Shown here one piece after another: positions 9,789 through 18,681 of a DNA stretch of 40,204 bases. The translations under genes were made by a program, and so were the position numbers. Within the stretch, counting starts at the first letter, position 1. Each line of letters begins with the position of its first letter. The notes beneath the pieces were generated by a model. It had not been told where the DNA came from. It did not search any database and saw only the letters and a list, made by a program, of their open reading frames with translations. Location of the stretch: the NCBI GenBank assembly GCA_965372795.1, contig CBDVDR010000024.1, positions 1 through 40,204 on the forward strand. The letters are read 5' to 3'. Origin of the DNA: an uncultured bacterium (lineage in GTDB: Bacteria; Zixibacteria; MSB-5A5; GN15; FEB-12).

Positions 9789-12700
9789 TTAGAAACAAGG
9801 ATCGGGTTCATCACCAAAGTTAAAGAGATAGTCAACATAGAAAGTCAAATCAGAAATTGTGTGCTCACCATCGTTGTTAACATCGCCTTCTTCAAAGCAG
9901 ACAGGAGCGTCTCCAAAATTAAACAAGAAATCCACAAAATATGTCAGATCAGAGATCCCGCGCTCACCGTCATGATTCATATCGCCGCGAATAACACAAC
10001 AGGTCGTGACACAAGCCGGTTTAATATTATTACTAAACCATTCTTTGGCGTAGATCGATTCATCAACTAACGAAAGCCCTGGAGATTGATAAGCACTAAG
10101 TAAAGTTGTGTAAATAAACAGAGTGTCGTTAGCACCGATAGAAGCACTATTTTCATAAGTAATCATAGAGAACAAATCAGTTAAATCTCCCGAGACAATA
10201 ACGCCCGGGGACTGCATTATACTATACATTTGAGACCCCACTAACCCACTAGTAGGATATATATAGGTCGAATTATTTTCTGAAATCATATTATATGGGA
10301 GTAATGATGTATCAACACATTCTCCGGTAGTATATGAACCAAGAAAAGCCATTGCGCCGATTCTTAAAGAATTATCAACACAGCCAAATCCATTACCTTG
10401 TTGATATAGGAATTTATCATCGATAAAAACATCGCCATAGTTATCAGAGCCAGTTGTTGAAGGGATATCCCAGTCAATAAATTCACCGACAGCAATGCCG
10501 GAATGCGGTTGACCATCCCCTGAGAATATTTTCATACACTGGATTATAAAATTACATGTATCTGCGATGGTTGGAGCATACCAAACTTTTTCGATAGATA
10601 ATGCATTATCAGAAGTATTAAAGGTTGCTGATTCAAATGAATTATATGTTCCATGATCCGTTGTAGGAACCGATAATTTGCCATCTGGAGGTGTTACGAA
10701 ATAATTATCTCCATATAAATAACTATATATAGCTGTGTCATTGCCATTTATATATGAGATAACCGGTGAACCATCATACAAGTATATAGGTCCACAGTCA
10801 ACCATTGAAATCTGATAATCCATCGAGGCATTATAAGTTCCCTCGCCACCAAAATTACCCATACTACTTACAATCAAACTTATACATGAAGTTGACACCG
10901 TATCATTGACTTGACTTTCACATAAGTCGCCGACACCGTTACCATTTAAATCTATTTGATCAGGATTAAATACTGTTGGACAATTATCAACATCCCAACA
11001 TAATCCATCACCATCAGAATCATTAGTAGGATCATTCGGACAAGCATCACAAAGATTACCGATATTATCACCATCAGAATCAGCTTGATTAGGATTTACA
11101 TCTTCAGGACAGTTATCGCAAGCATCTCCCCTTCCGTCAGAATCAGTATCAGTCTGGGCTAAATTAGGCAATACTGTGCAATTATCACAAATGTCCCCAA
11201 CACCATCAAGGTCAACATCCCGTTGATCAGGGTTAGGTGTTGAACAATTATCACAAACATCACCAACTCCATCACCATCAGAATCAGTTTGAGAAGTATT
11301 CGGAGTCCCGGGGCAGTTATCAGAAATATCAGCGACTCCATCAGCATCTAAATCTCCCGGTTCACAGACATCAGGAATAAAATTTCTATTTATATCATTT
11401 GGTGATGCCGGCATAAAACAGAGACCTCTTGGATCAGTTAGGAAACCAACACCTCTTACGAAAGAACGATAATATCTGCCATCATTAAAGTATTCAACTA
11501 TTCTTCCTTGAGTGCCATCAACAACAGCTATGAAGATATTTCCATTGGGACCTTTTCTAATTCCCCAAGGACTTACCCAACCATATTCATCACTAAATTC
11601 TTTTACATAAGCACCGGTGCTGCCGTCATATTCAAGGATTTGATTATTGCCTCTGCTAACTACCAAAAGATTACCATCATTTTTAAAGGCTAGACCTCTT
11701 GGACTGCTCAAACCGCCGGAACTAGCAGAAACAAATACACCGATATATGTACCTAACGATGAATATTCATATACAGCGTTATCTGAACTGGTTACATATA
11801 AATTACCGGATGGTCCAAACACTAATCCGTACGGACCCACCAATGGTGACGCGCCTGAGGCTACAAAATCACCAAGATAGGCTCCGGTGACATCATTAAA
11901 CATTCTTACTGAATTATCCAAAAAGTCTGCAACGTAGATTGTATTTACTTCGCGATAGACTATCGAACTTGCACGTTCTAAAAATCCCGAACCTGAGACA
12001 GCCAGTGGATCTAATGTTTCAGAGTTTAAGTCATATTTAAAAATTCCAAGAGTAGTTGCCATTATTATATTGGCGCCGGTTGCATCCGATACGACATCCC
12101 AGGCTTCGCTAAAAGATGAAATTGATTGATACAAGGCACCGCTAAGGGCGTGGAATTCTCTAACTTCGGTTGTAGCGGCATCAGTAACGAACAAATTATA
12201 CTGACGGTCAATATCTATCCAATCTAGTAAACCATTTGAGTTACAATCTTCGCACTCATCAAGGATCCGATTTCTATCAATATCTGTCGACATATCATTA
12301 TTTATTTCAGTATAGTCCAAAATACCATTATTATTACAGTCCGGATCACATTCATCCGGAACATTATTACCATCATCATCAGTCGCCAACCCAACCCAGG
12401 TTTCATATTGATCAGGGATTGAATTATTATTACAGTCAACTTCACATTCATCCGGAATGCCGTTATTATCCGTATCCGGTAGTCCGCCGGCAATTTCAAC
12501 CGGATCCAGAGTACCGTTTGCGTTGCAGTCCTGACATTCATCGGGAATACCATCACTGTTAACATCAAGAGAGGTAGCATCTGAGATGTCAATTGCATCA
12601 TCAATTTTGTTTCCATTACAATCACGCGGTTGACAACCTGCATACCAGACATTGTTTGTTATGACTTCCTGATTTAATCTATGAAAGCGTAAATCAATAT

Positions 12701-13895
12701 TACTTTGATAACCCTGAGAAGTGTGACAATAACTCATGATTGTTCCGCGAGTGTAGATGCCATTACCACATTCATCAATAAGAGGACTGAAGTAATCATC
12801 ATGGGTATGCGGAGCGCCATGGTTATGCCCCATTTCGTGGGCAACAAGGTTTACATCCCAGTTTCCATTATCAGGATAAGTTACCGGAGAAACGAAACTT
12901 CCATTTAAATAGGCATCGATTCCATAAGCATATCCGTCACATGTTGACGAATAATATGCTACACCGCCATATTGTGCGTCTCTGGCTCCACTAAACATAT
13001 GGACAATGTTCATACTCGCGTAATCTTCATTATTCTGCCAGTAACTTCTAAATCCGCTTAAATCATAAGGATTAAAAGGTTCTCCCCCGGATGTCCATAT
13101 TCGAGCAAAGGCAACTTCGTGAGCAATATTTACATCACGGGTATAAATCGCACTTATAGCAGCAATCAGCTGGATAATATAGTCACGAGCATCATATTGA
13201 GAGTTAAACATCTGAACAAAGTGCTGGTCAGCATCAATAGCAATTCTTTGCAAATATGGTCCTGCGGCATCATTTAAATATGCTTTTTCCGCTTTGGGAA
13301 GCTCGATCAGCCATTCGGGATATTCTTCAGCACCACAAAATGGAACACCTAATTCACCTACTACAGATGTTCTTTTCAGAGTAATTTCATTGCTATTATT
13401 TTTAAGGTCACTTGATCTGGTTGAAAAGACATAATTGTTGTCGCCGTCATTTTCGACAAATCCGTTCACCATTCCTGTTGATGAAATTGATACAAATGCA
13501 AAACTTGTCGGATCATTCTGAATTATTCCTTTATAAAGAACAATTTCAGGTTTTGGCATAGTTATATCACCGCCCGGGCTGCCAATCAGAAATTTTGCAT
13601 CCGGGGCAATTATATCAAATTTTTCTAATTCGAGATTAATTGAATTACCTGAAAATAAAGGGAGCTCTAATAACTTATGGGAAGCCTGATCTTCAACGAT
13701 TTCAATAGCATCTCTATTTAAAGTCATTTTTAGTTCTAAATTTGTAGACTTTTCGAGATTAACTGAAAACGGCTTTAAATCTTCATAGACTGGATTAAAA
13801 GATTCACTATGACTAACTGCCGGTAAAATAAAACACACAAGCAGCATAACCATTGTGAAAGTTTTATAAAAATCAATTCTGTCAAAGTTACGCAT
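9789..13895 (-). CDS. Secreted M12B/reprolysin-like zinc metallopeptidase with Ca-binding DCNxNG repeats, beta-propeller, TSP3 repeats and C-terminal dockerin
   Basis: Signal peptide; propeptide with PFCG (possible Cys switch); metzincin HEMGHNHGAPH and Met-turn TIMSY. Then DCNxNGxxD repeats, NHL/Vgb-like blades (PYGLVFGPSGNLYV, PRGLAFKNDGNLLV) and TSP3 repeats (DSDGDGVGDVCDNC). Terminal GDMNHDGERGISDLTYFVDFLF...GDVNNDGEHTISDLTFYVDYLF. Confidence 0.88.
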   Translation of the reverse strand: MRNFDRIDFYKTFTMVMLLVCFILPAVSHSESFNPVYEDLKPFSVNLEKSTNLELKMTLNRDAIEIVEDQASHKLLELPLFSGNSINLELEKFDIIAPDAKFLIGSPGGDITMPKPEIVLYKGIIQNDPTSFAFVSISSTGMVNGFVENDGDNNYVFSTRSSDLKNNSNEITLKRTSVVGELGVPFCGAEEYPEWLIELPKAEKAYLNDAAGPYLQRIAIDADQHFVQMFNSQYDARDYIIQLIAAISAIYTRDVNIAHEVAFARIWTSGGEPFNPYDLSGFRSYWQNNEDYASMNIVHMFSGARDAQYGGVAYYSSTCDGYAYGIDAYLNGSFVSPVTYPDNGNWDVNLVAHEMGHNHGAPHTHDDYFSPLIDECGNGIYTRGTIMSYCHTSQGYQSNIDLRFHRLNQEVITNNVWYAGCQPRDCNGNKIDDAIDISDATSLDVNSDGIPDECQDCNANGTLDPVEIAGGLPDTDNNGIPDECEVDCNNNSIPDQYETWVGLATDDDGNNVPDECDPDCNNNGILDYTEINNDMSTDIDRNRILDECEDCNSNGLLDWIDIDRQYNLFVTDAATTEVREFHALSGALYQSISSFSEAWDVVSDATGANIIMATTLGIFKYDLNSETLDPLAVSGSGFLERASSIVYREVNTIYVADFLDNSVRMFNDVTGAYLGDFVASGASPLVGPYGLVFGPSGNLYVTSSDNAVYEYSSLGTYIGVFVSASSGGLSSPRGLAFKNDGNLLVVSRGNNQILEYDGSTGAYVKEFSDEYGWVSPWGIRKGPNGNIFIAVVDGTQGRIVEYFNDGRYYRSFVRGVGFLTDPRGLCFMPASPNDINRNFIPDVCEPGDLDADGVADISDNCPGTPNTSQTDSDGDGVGDVCDNCSTPNPDQRDVDLDGVGDICDNCTVLPNLAQTDTDSDGRGDACDNCPEDVNPNQADSDGDNIGNLCDACPNDPTNDSDGDGLCWDVDNCPTVFNPDQIDLNGNGVGDLCESQVNDTVSTSCISLIVSSMGNFGGEGTYNASMDYQISMVDCGPIYLYDGSPVISYINGNDTAIYSYLYGDNYFVTPPDGKLSVPTTDHGTYNSFESATFNTSDNALSIEKVWYAPTIADTCNFIIQCMKIFSGDGQPHSGIAVGEFIDWDIPSTTGSDNYGDVFIDDKFLYQQGNGFGCVDNSLRIGAMAFLGSYTTGECVDTSLLPYNMISENNSTYIYPTSGLVGSQMYSIMQSPGVIVSGDLTDLFSMITYENSASIGANDTLFIYTTLLSAYQSPGLSLVDESIYAKEWFSNNIKPACVTTCCVIRGDMNHDGERGISDLTYFVDFLFNFGDAPVCFEEGDVNNDGEHTISDLTFYVDYLFNFGDEPDPCF
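10920..11370 (-). repeat. Thrombospondin type-3-like Ca-binding repeats within the metallopeptidase
   Basis: About 6-7 copies of DNCPxxxNxxQxDxDxDGxGDxC. Confidence 0.85.
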
Positions 13896-13973
13896 AGATA
13901 ACTCCCGATTATTTAATTTAAAACTAAATTGTTTTCGACCCTAGAAAATTGGCGGTATTTGTTGTACAGCAAC

Positions 13974-14001
13974 AATATACAATATGTGACGGTCATGTCA
14001 A
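13974..14001 (-). promoter_or_regulatory. Putative sigma70 promoter of the M12B-like peptidase gene
   Basis: Minus strand TTGACA (14001-13996), 16-bp spacer, TATATT (13979-13974). An SD-like GGGAG precedes the ATG at 13895. Confidence 0.5.
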
Positions 14002-14151
14002 CTATAGTTTTTAATATACAATTTGTTACTATCTTTATCGGACAGTTAAGAAATGACGATATATATATCATACAACATTTTTTTAAATTGACTAATTTGG
14101 GGTATTTTAACAATTTAATAATAGACCAAATTAATCAACAGGAGTTTTAAA

Positions 14152-15705
14152 ATGAAAACCGTTTGCATACATTTAATATTGGCTACTATTCTAATTGTAT
14201 CTTCAAGTATTCATGCCGTTGACAGATCTGAATTTGATAATCTTAAGCCGGTTAAAGATTCAGCGGTAATAATGGAAGCCAAAATATTTGCTCCTAAAAT
14301 GTGGGAAAAAGCAATCAAAGCCTTTAACAAAGCTAATGATGCAATTTTGAGAAATAAAAAACAGAAATCATTAGATAAACATGTTAATGAAACCAGAGAA
14401 TTTCTTGAGAATGCTATTAAAACTACCGAAGTGAGTAAATTAACACTTCAAGAATACCTTCCCCCTCGCAATAAAGCCAAAGAAGCCAAAGCATCCATGC
14501 TGGCAAACGCTCTTTATAAAAAAGCCGAGGCACAGTTTATCAAGGCAACATCCAAAGTTGAATCGGGGGATGTTAAAGGAGCCTTAAAAGAAGCAGGAAA
14601 AGCTATTCCTCTTTTTGATGCTGCGGAACTGAAAGCTATTCAGATAGAGATCATGGGCAATGCTGATAAACTTATCAAAAAAGCAATTGCAGATGAAGCT
14701 GATAAATTTGCCCTATCGACTCTTGATAAAGCCAATTCGGCTCGTGCCAATGCCAATGCAATCATCAGAAATGATCGTTATAATAAAGATGAAGCGACTA
14801 TTGAAGCCAAACGCGCTGAATACGAAGCTCTTCACGCCTCCAACATTGCGATGTCGGTTCGTTCTCTAAATAGGAATGATCAAGCCTGGGAAAAGCTAAT
14901 GCTCATTTATGAAATCCAAATGAATCGGGTAGGTAAAACAATGAACTTTGAGCATCTCCCCTTTGATAATGGTCCTCTTGCCGCGGCTGATACCCTAATC
15001 TTATTAATAGGGGAGTTACAGGAAGAGAATAAAATCCTTAAAGAATCCGGACAGGATTTTTCTGCCGTCATGATAAATAAGCTGAGCAAGATTGTAGAAC
15101 GGTTTTATGAATCTTCAACAGAAACAGACCCGGCCAGGTTAGCTAAAATGATTGACCAGCATTTATCTGAATTATACCTTCAAAAAGAAGAATATCTCGT
15201 TCAGCTAAAATCTTATGATGAAGAACTTATGCTTTTATCCAGCCAACATGAATCGGTTAGCGCCGAACTATTAAGTCGGACGGAAAAAGAAGAAAAATTC
15301 AAAAAAGCAAAATCGATGATTAATCCTTCCGAGGGTGAGGTTCTTTTTAATTCCTCAAATGATATTGTCTTAAGACTAAGCGGATTGTCATTTGCAATTG
15401 GTAAAAGTGATATTCAGGATGATCATGTGGAACTTTTAGAAAAAATTAAAGAGATTATCCAAATGTTCCCGGATGTTTCATTGATGATTGAAGGTCATAC
15501 CGATGCTTCGGGAGATGCTTCAGCGAATATTTTATTATCTGAAAAAAGGGCTTACTCAATAGAGCAGTATCTACGCCAAAGTTTGTTGATTCCGGTTGAC
15601 AAGATTCGTTCAATGGGATTTGGAGCTGACCGGCCGGTTGCTTCGAATCAAACCAAGGACGGCAGGTCAAAAAACAGAAGAATTGATATAATTATAATGC
15701 AATAA
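14152..15705 (+). CDS. Secreted helical/coiled-coil protein with C-terminal OmpA-like peptidoglycan-binding domain
   Basis: Signal peptide and AGGAG SD. Ala/Lys-rich helical N-terminal region. C-terminal IEGHTDASG, NILLSEKRA and GFGADRPVASNQTKDGRSKNRRIDI. Confidence 0.88.
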   Translation: MKTVCIHLILATILIVSSSIHAVDRSEFDNLKPVKDSAVIMEAKIFAPKMWEKAIKAFNKANDAILRNKKQKSLDKHVNETREFLENAIKTTEVSKLTLQEYLPPRNKAKEAKASMLANALYKKAEAQFIKATSKVESGDVKGALKEAGKAIPLFDAAELKAIQIEIMGNADKLIKKAIADEADKFALSTLDKANSARANANAIIRNDRYNKDEATIEAKRAEYEALHASNIAMSVRSLNRNDQAWEKLMLIYEIQMNRVGKTMNFEHLPFDNGPLAAADTLILLIGELQEENKILKESGQDFSAVMINKLSKIVERFYESSTETDPARLAKMIDQHLSELYLQKEEYLVQLKSYDEELMLLSSQHESVSAELLSRTEKEEKFKKAKSMINPSEGEVLFNSSNDIVLRLSGLSFAIGKSDIQDDHVELLEKIKEIIQMFPDVSLMIEGHTDASGDASANILLSEKRAYSIEQYLRQSLLIPVDKIRSMGFGADRPVASNQTKDGRSKNRRIDIIIMQ

Positions 15706-15730
15706 TATTGATAAAAACTAAACCATGGGT

Positions 15731-17794
15731 TTAGTTTTTATAATGATCTTTCATTTGTGGATATCTGTTTAACAATTCCTGAATTTCATTCGCCGCCATA
15801 CCTCGATTTTCAGCCTCTTTTAAATATTGAGCACTTAATTTGAAATTGTATTTTGACAGATAATAACTGCATAATTTGAGATAGGTACTCAACGGCGCAT
15901 CCTCTTTTAATGAGGCTATTTTCAACTCTCTTTCATAACCAATTTCATCAGGTGTGTTCTTGTAAATGGTACTTAAAAGAATATGCGGATAGGCGTTGCT
16001 GTCATTAATTGCGATAGCATGCTCTAAATAATTTCGGGCTTTGTTGAACAGACCAAGATTATAATAAGCATATCCAAGATATTGTTTTGGCTGATGGTTG
16101 CCTGGTTTCAACCCGGATGCTATTTCATGGAAATAAATAGCACTGTCATAATTTTTTGATTCATAGTGAGCAATTCCGAGATTTAAATAAGCCTGAAAGA
16201 AAGTTGGATGAGCATCTCGGGCTTTATGGAGAATCAGTAACGCTTGTGAATATAATTTCTGAGAAATCAAATCTAACCCAAGCTTATTTAACTTATCATG
16301 TTTGTAATTTTCTTCCTGAAATATAATAATATCCTGAAGTTTTTTTTGATTGTCTTTGTTCATATAATATTTTTTTAATTCGATCACAAAATTGATGCTC
16401 TTCAACTTATCATACTTATAAATTTGATCAGCTTTAGTTTCTGAAATATCAATAGAATTCTGACCATAGACGCGTGGGAATAATAGAAAAGCCCCCAGGA
16501 ATATAGTTAGCCCTATGACATTAAAGTTTTTTGAAGAAATTGAATATGATTTAACCAGTGAATAACTAACAAAAACACTAATAGGTACGCCGATAAACGA
16601 AAAAAGATCCCAATCTCTGAGCATCCCAAGTTTAGGATCAAACAAAAACACCGACCCGAGGGTTGAGACTATTAATACAACAAAGAACAAAAAATATTGT
16701 TGTTTTAATTTTTCTTTGTTGAAATTCCAATAAATCCAAAATGCGGCAATTAATATACCCGGAAATAACTCCAGCAATAAATTCAGAATATCCAAAAGGT
16801 GATTTACTGAAAACTGGGTGTACCCTTCAATAGTAAATTGATCAGAAAGTATGGGAACTATTGAAAATCTAAAAAATAAATTATTGTTGTAAAAATATAT
16901 AAAGATTGATCCGGCTCCCATGAGAAGTATAAAACTGATTATATATTTAGTCTTCTTTTTCAAATTCACATAGCTGGCTGCAAATTTAGTTTTTGATATT
17001 AACAGATAGACTGTACTGGGAATCAAAGTTACCGCCATGATATGCATAAATAATGCTGCCACAAGCGCCGGAACTAAAACCCATTTATTTATTTTACCTT
17101 TGGCAATTAATAATCCGATTAATGTATATATCAATACTGATAAAATAAACAGTGAGTAGTTTTCAACATAACCAAAAAACATCAGCATATAGCCGCTTGA
17201 ACTAACAGACAGTAAAAACAGGATTTTTTCGAATGTTTTATTGAATAAACGATTTGAAAAATACACTATGGTAAAAAGAAACAAAATCCCTGAAAAAATT
17301 GAGATTGATTGATAGCTGAGGATCGAAGTTTCTATTGATGGATCTCCCCATAAATTTCTTACAAACAGATGGATATATGACTCGCCGGCTTCTATAAATT
17401 TGATATGATTGCTGTTCGAGCTTAAATTAGACAGAATTTGATAACCATCGCCTAAAAAGAATGTTTTAGCTCTGAATAAATAGAAGCTGCAAGCAAGAAT
17501 TGATATTATAACGAAGCTGACTATCCAAAAGGTTCTGCTGTCAGACTTATTTTCTGGTGAAAAAACTGTAAAATTATTGATTTTATAGAAATGCAATAGA
17601 ACCGGCACTGATAACCCAATACTAAAAAGTATATAAAAAAATAGATTAGGTAGATATGCCCAGTGGTTTATCCCCCAATAGCGCAATTCCGGGAAAAACG
17701 AGCTGATAAAAATTCCAACTAAAGTGAAATAGTAAATTGCGTGGATAAATATAAGATTTGAATCTGATCTGTCTGTTGATTTTTCCTGAATCAT
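15731..17794 (-). CDS. Polytopic membrane protein (GT-C glycosyltransferase-like) with C-terminal TPR repeats
   Basis: About 11-13 hydrophobic helices with loop motifs FLGDGY, FFGYVENYS and RDWDLFS. TPR-like C-terminus (AYLNLGIAHYESKNYDSA, YLGYAYYNLGLFNKARNYLEHAI). The glycosyltransferase function is inferred from architecture only. Confidence 0.7.
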   Translation of the reverse strand: MIQEKSTDRSDSNLIFIHAIYYFTLVGIFISSFFPELRYWGINHWAYLPNLFFYILFSIGLSVPVLLHFYKINNFTVFSPENKSDSRTFWIVSFVIISILACSFYLFRAKTFFLGDGYQILSNLSSNSNHIKFIEAGESYIHLFVRNLWGDPSIETSILSYQSISIFSGILFLFTIVYFSNRLFNKTFEKILFLLSVSSSGYMLMFFGYVENYSLFILSVLIYTLIGLLIAKGKINKWVLVPALVAALFMHIMAVTLIPSTVYLLISKTKFAASYVNLKKKTKYIISFILLMGAGSIFIYFYNNNLFFRFSIVPILSDQFTIEGYTQFSVNHLLDILNLLLELFPGILIAAFWIYWNFNKEKLKQQYFLFFVVLIVSTLGSVFLFDPKLGMLRDWDLFSFIGVPISVFVSYSLVKSYSISSKNFNVIGLTIFLGAFLLFPRVYGQNSIDISETKADQIYKYDKLKSINFVIELKKYYMNKDNQKKLQDIIIFQEENYKHDKLNKLGLDLISQKLYSQALLILHKARDAHPTFFQAYLNLGIAHYESKNYDSAIYFHEIASGLKPGNHQPKQYLGYAYYNLGLFNKARNYLEHAIAINDSNAYPHILLSTIYKNTPDEIGYERELKIASLKEDAPLSTYLKLCSYYLSKYNFKLSAQYLKEAENRGMAANEIQELLNRYPQMKDHYKN

Positions 17795-17838
17795 AGTTTT
17801 CTTAAGAAAAGAGATAGTTTATCCTCTCTCAAAATAAA

Positions 17839-17912
17839 TACTGGGGGGGAGACTCGAACTCCCGACCTCTAGATCCACAATCTAGCGTTCTAACCGACTG
17901 AACTACCCCAGC
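17839..17912 (-). tRNA. tRNA-His (GUG), atypical acceptor end, CCA not encoded
   Basis: Cloverleaf GCTGGGG-TA-GTTC-AGTCGGTTA-GAAC-G-CTAGA-TT-GTG-GA-TCTAG-AGGTC-GGGAG-TTCGAGT-CTCCC-CCCCAGT-A. Confidence 0.95.
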
Positions 17913-18002
17913 ATTAGAACCGTAAATAATATGATTTTTTAATTATGTCAAGATGAACTTAAGCAACTTTGAGAAAATAACTTAATAGTCGCTAAATCTG
18001 CC

Positions 18003-18473
18003 CTAAATTCCGGCAATCTTCATGATAATATTCCATTCCTTAAGTTTAACCGGCTGAATTGAAAGCCTGCTCCCCCGCTGGCACACAACCATTTCCTCTA
18101 AACCGATAGTCTCTTTGAGTCTTGATAAACTGACAATGTCAGCAAATTCCTGCTTTAATTTGATATCGACCATATACCAGATCGGGTTATTGGGAGTTGC
18201 TTTTGGATCAAAATGTTCAGAATTTTGATCCAAACCGGTATGATCAGGATAGCCATTCTTTGAAACCTCACAAACTCCGGCAATACCCAGTGGATTGGCA
18301 TTGCTGTAATAGAACAAAACCCCATCCCCTTTTTTAATATCATCCCTTAAGAAATTTCGTGCCTGATAATTTCTGACTCCATCCCAGGAGGTCGTTTTAT
18401 TTTTGGATTGCTTCAAATGATCGATTGAGAAGCATCCCGGTTCTGATTTAAACAGCCAAAATTTCTTTACCAT
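18003..18473 (-). CDS. EVE domain protein (thymocyte nuclear protein 1-like)
   Basis: Motifs WLFKSEP, WDGVRNYQARNFLR, GDGVLFYYSN and RLSIQPV. Confidence 0.93.
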   Translation of the reverse strand: MVKKFWLFKSEPGCFSIDHLKQSKNKTTSWDGVRNYQARNFLRDDIKKGDGVLFYYSNANPLGIAGVCEVSKNGYPDHTGLDQNSEHFDPKATPNNPIWYMVDIKLKQEFADIVSLSRLKETIGLEEMVVCQRGSRLSIQPVKLKEWNIIMKIAGI

Positions 18474-18589
18474 AAACCAATCCTATGTAACATATTTTAA
18501 AAATTATAATTCTTTAACTTAATAATTAAAAACGTGATTCCCACTTTATTGTTCCCTGTCTAATCTGATAATATACAACAAGATACTAA

Positions 18590-18617
18590 TTGACAGTTCC
18601 TTTTAAACGGTTATATT
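18590..18617 (+). promoter_or_regulatory. Putative sigma70 promoter of the S8 peptidase gene
   Basis: TTGACA (18590-18595), 16-bp spacer, TATATT (18612-18617). Confidence 0.5.
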
Positions 18618-18681
18618 TATCTCAATATACAAATCTTATTTTAACTACTTTGGTACATATAATTAAATATAGGATATAACC

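Noticed and set aside
9635..9823. 62-aa plus-strand ORF
   Set aside because: It has a TTG start, runs through a terminator hairpin and overlaps the 3' end of the peptidase gene.
13913..14150. ORFs 13913-14113 (-) and 13929-14150 (+) in the divergent intergenic region
   Set aside because: They are AT-rich, low-information translations overlapping a probable promoter region, with no homology cues.
14152..15705. OmpA-domain protein as T9SS component PorE
   Set aside because: It lacks the lipobox, TPR, beta-propeller and carboxypeptidase-regulatory domains expected of PorE.
15731..17840. Genomic island integrated at tRNA-His
   Set aside because: No integrase, no duplicated tRNA 3' end and no mobility genes are seen. 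Only an apparent AT-richness of one membrane-protein gene supports it.
18003..18473. EVE protein as part of a modification-dependent restriction or defence system
   Set aside because: It is a stand-alone THYN1-like EVE with no fused or adjacent nuclease or other defence genes.
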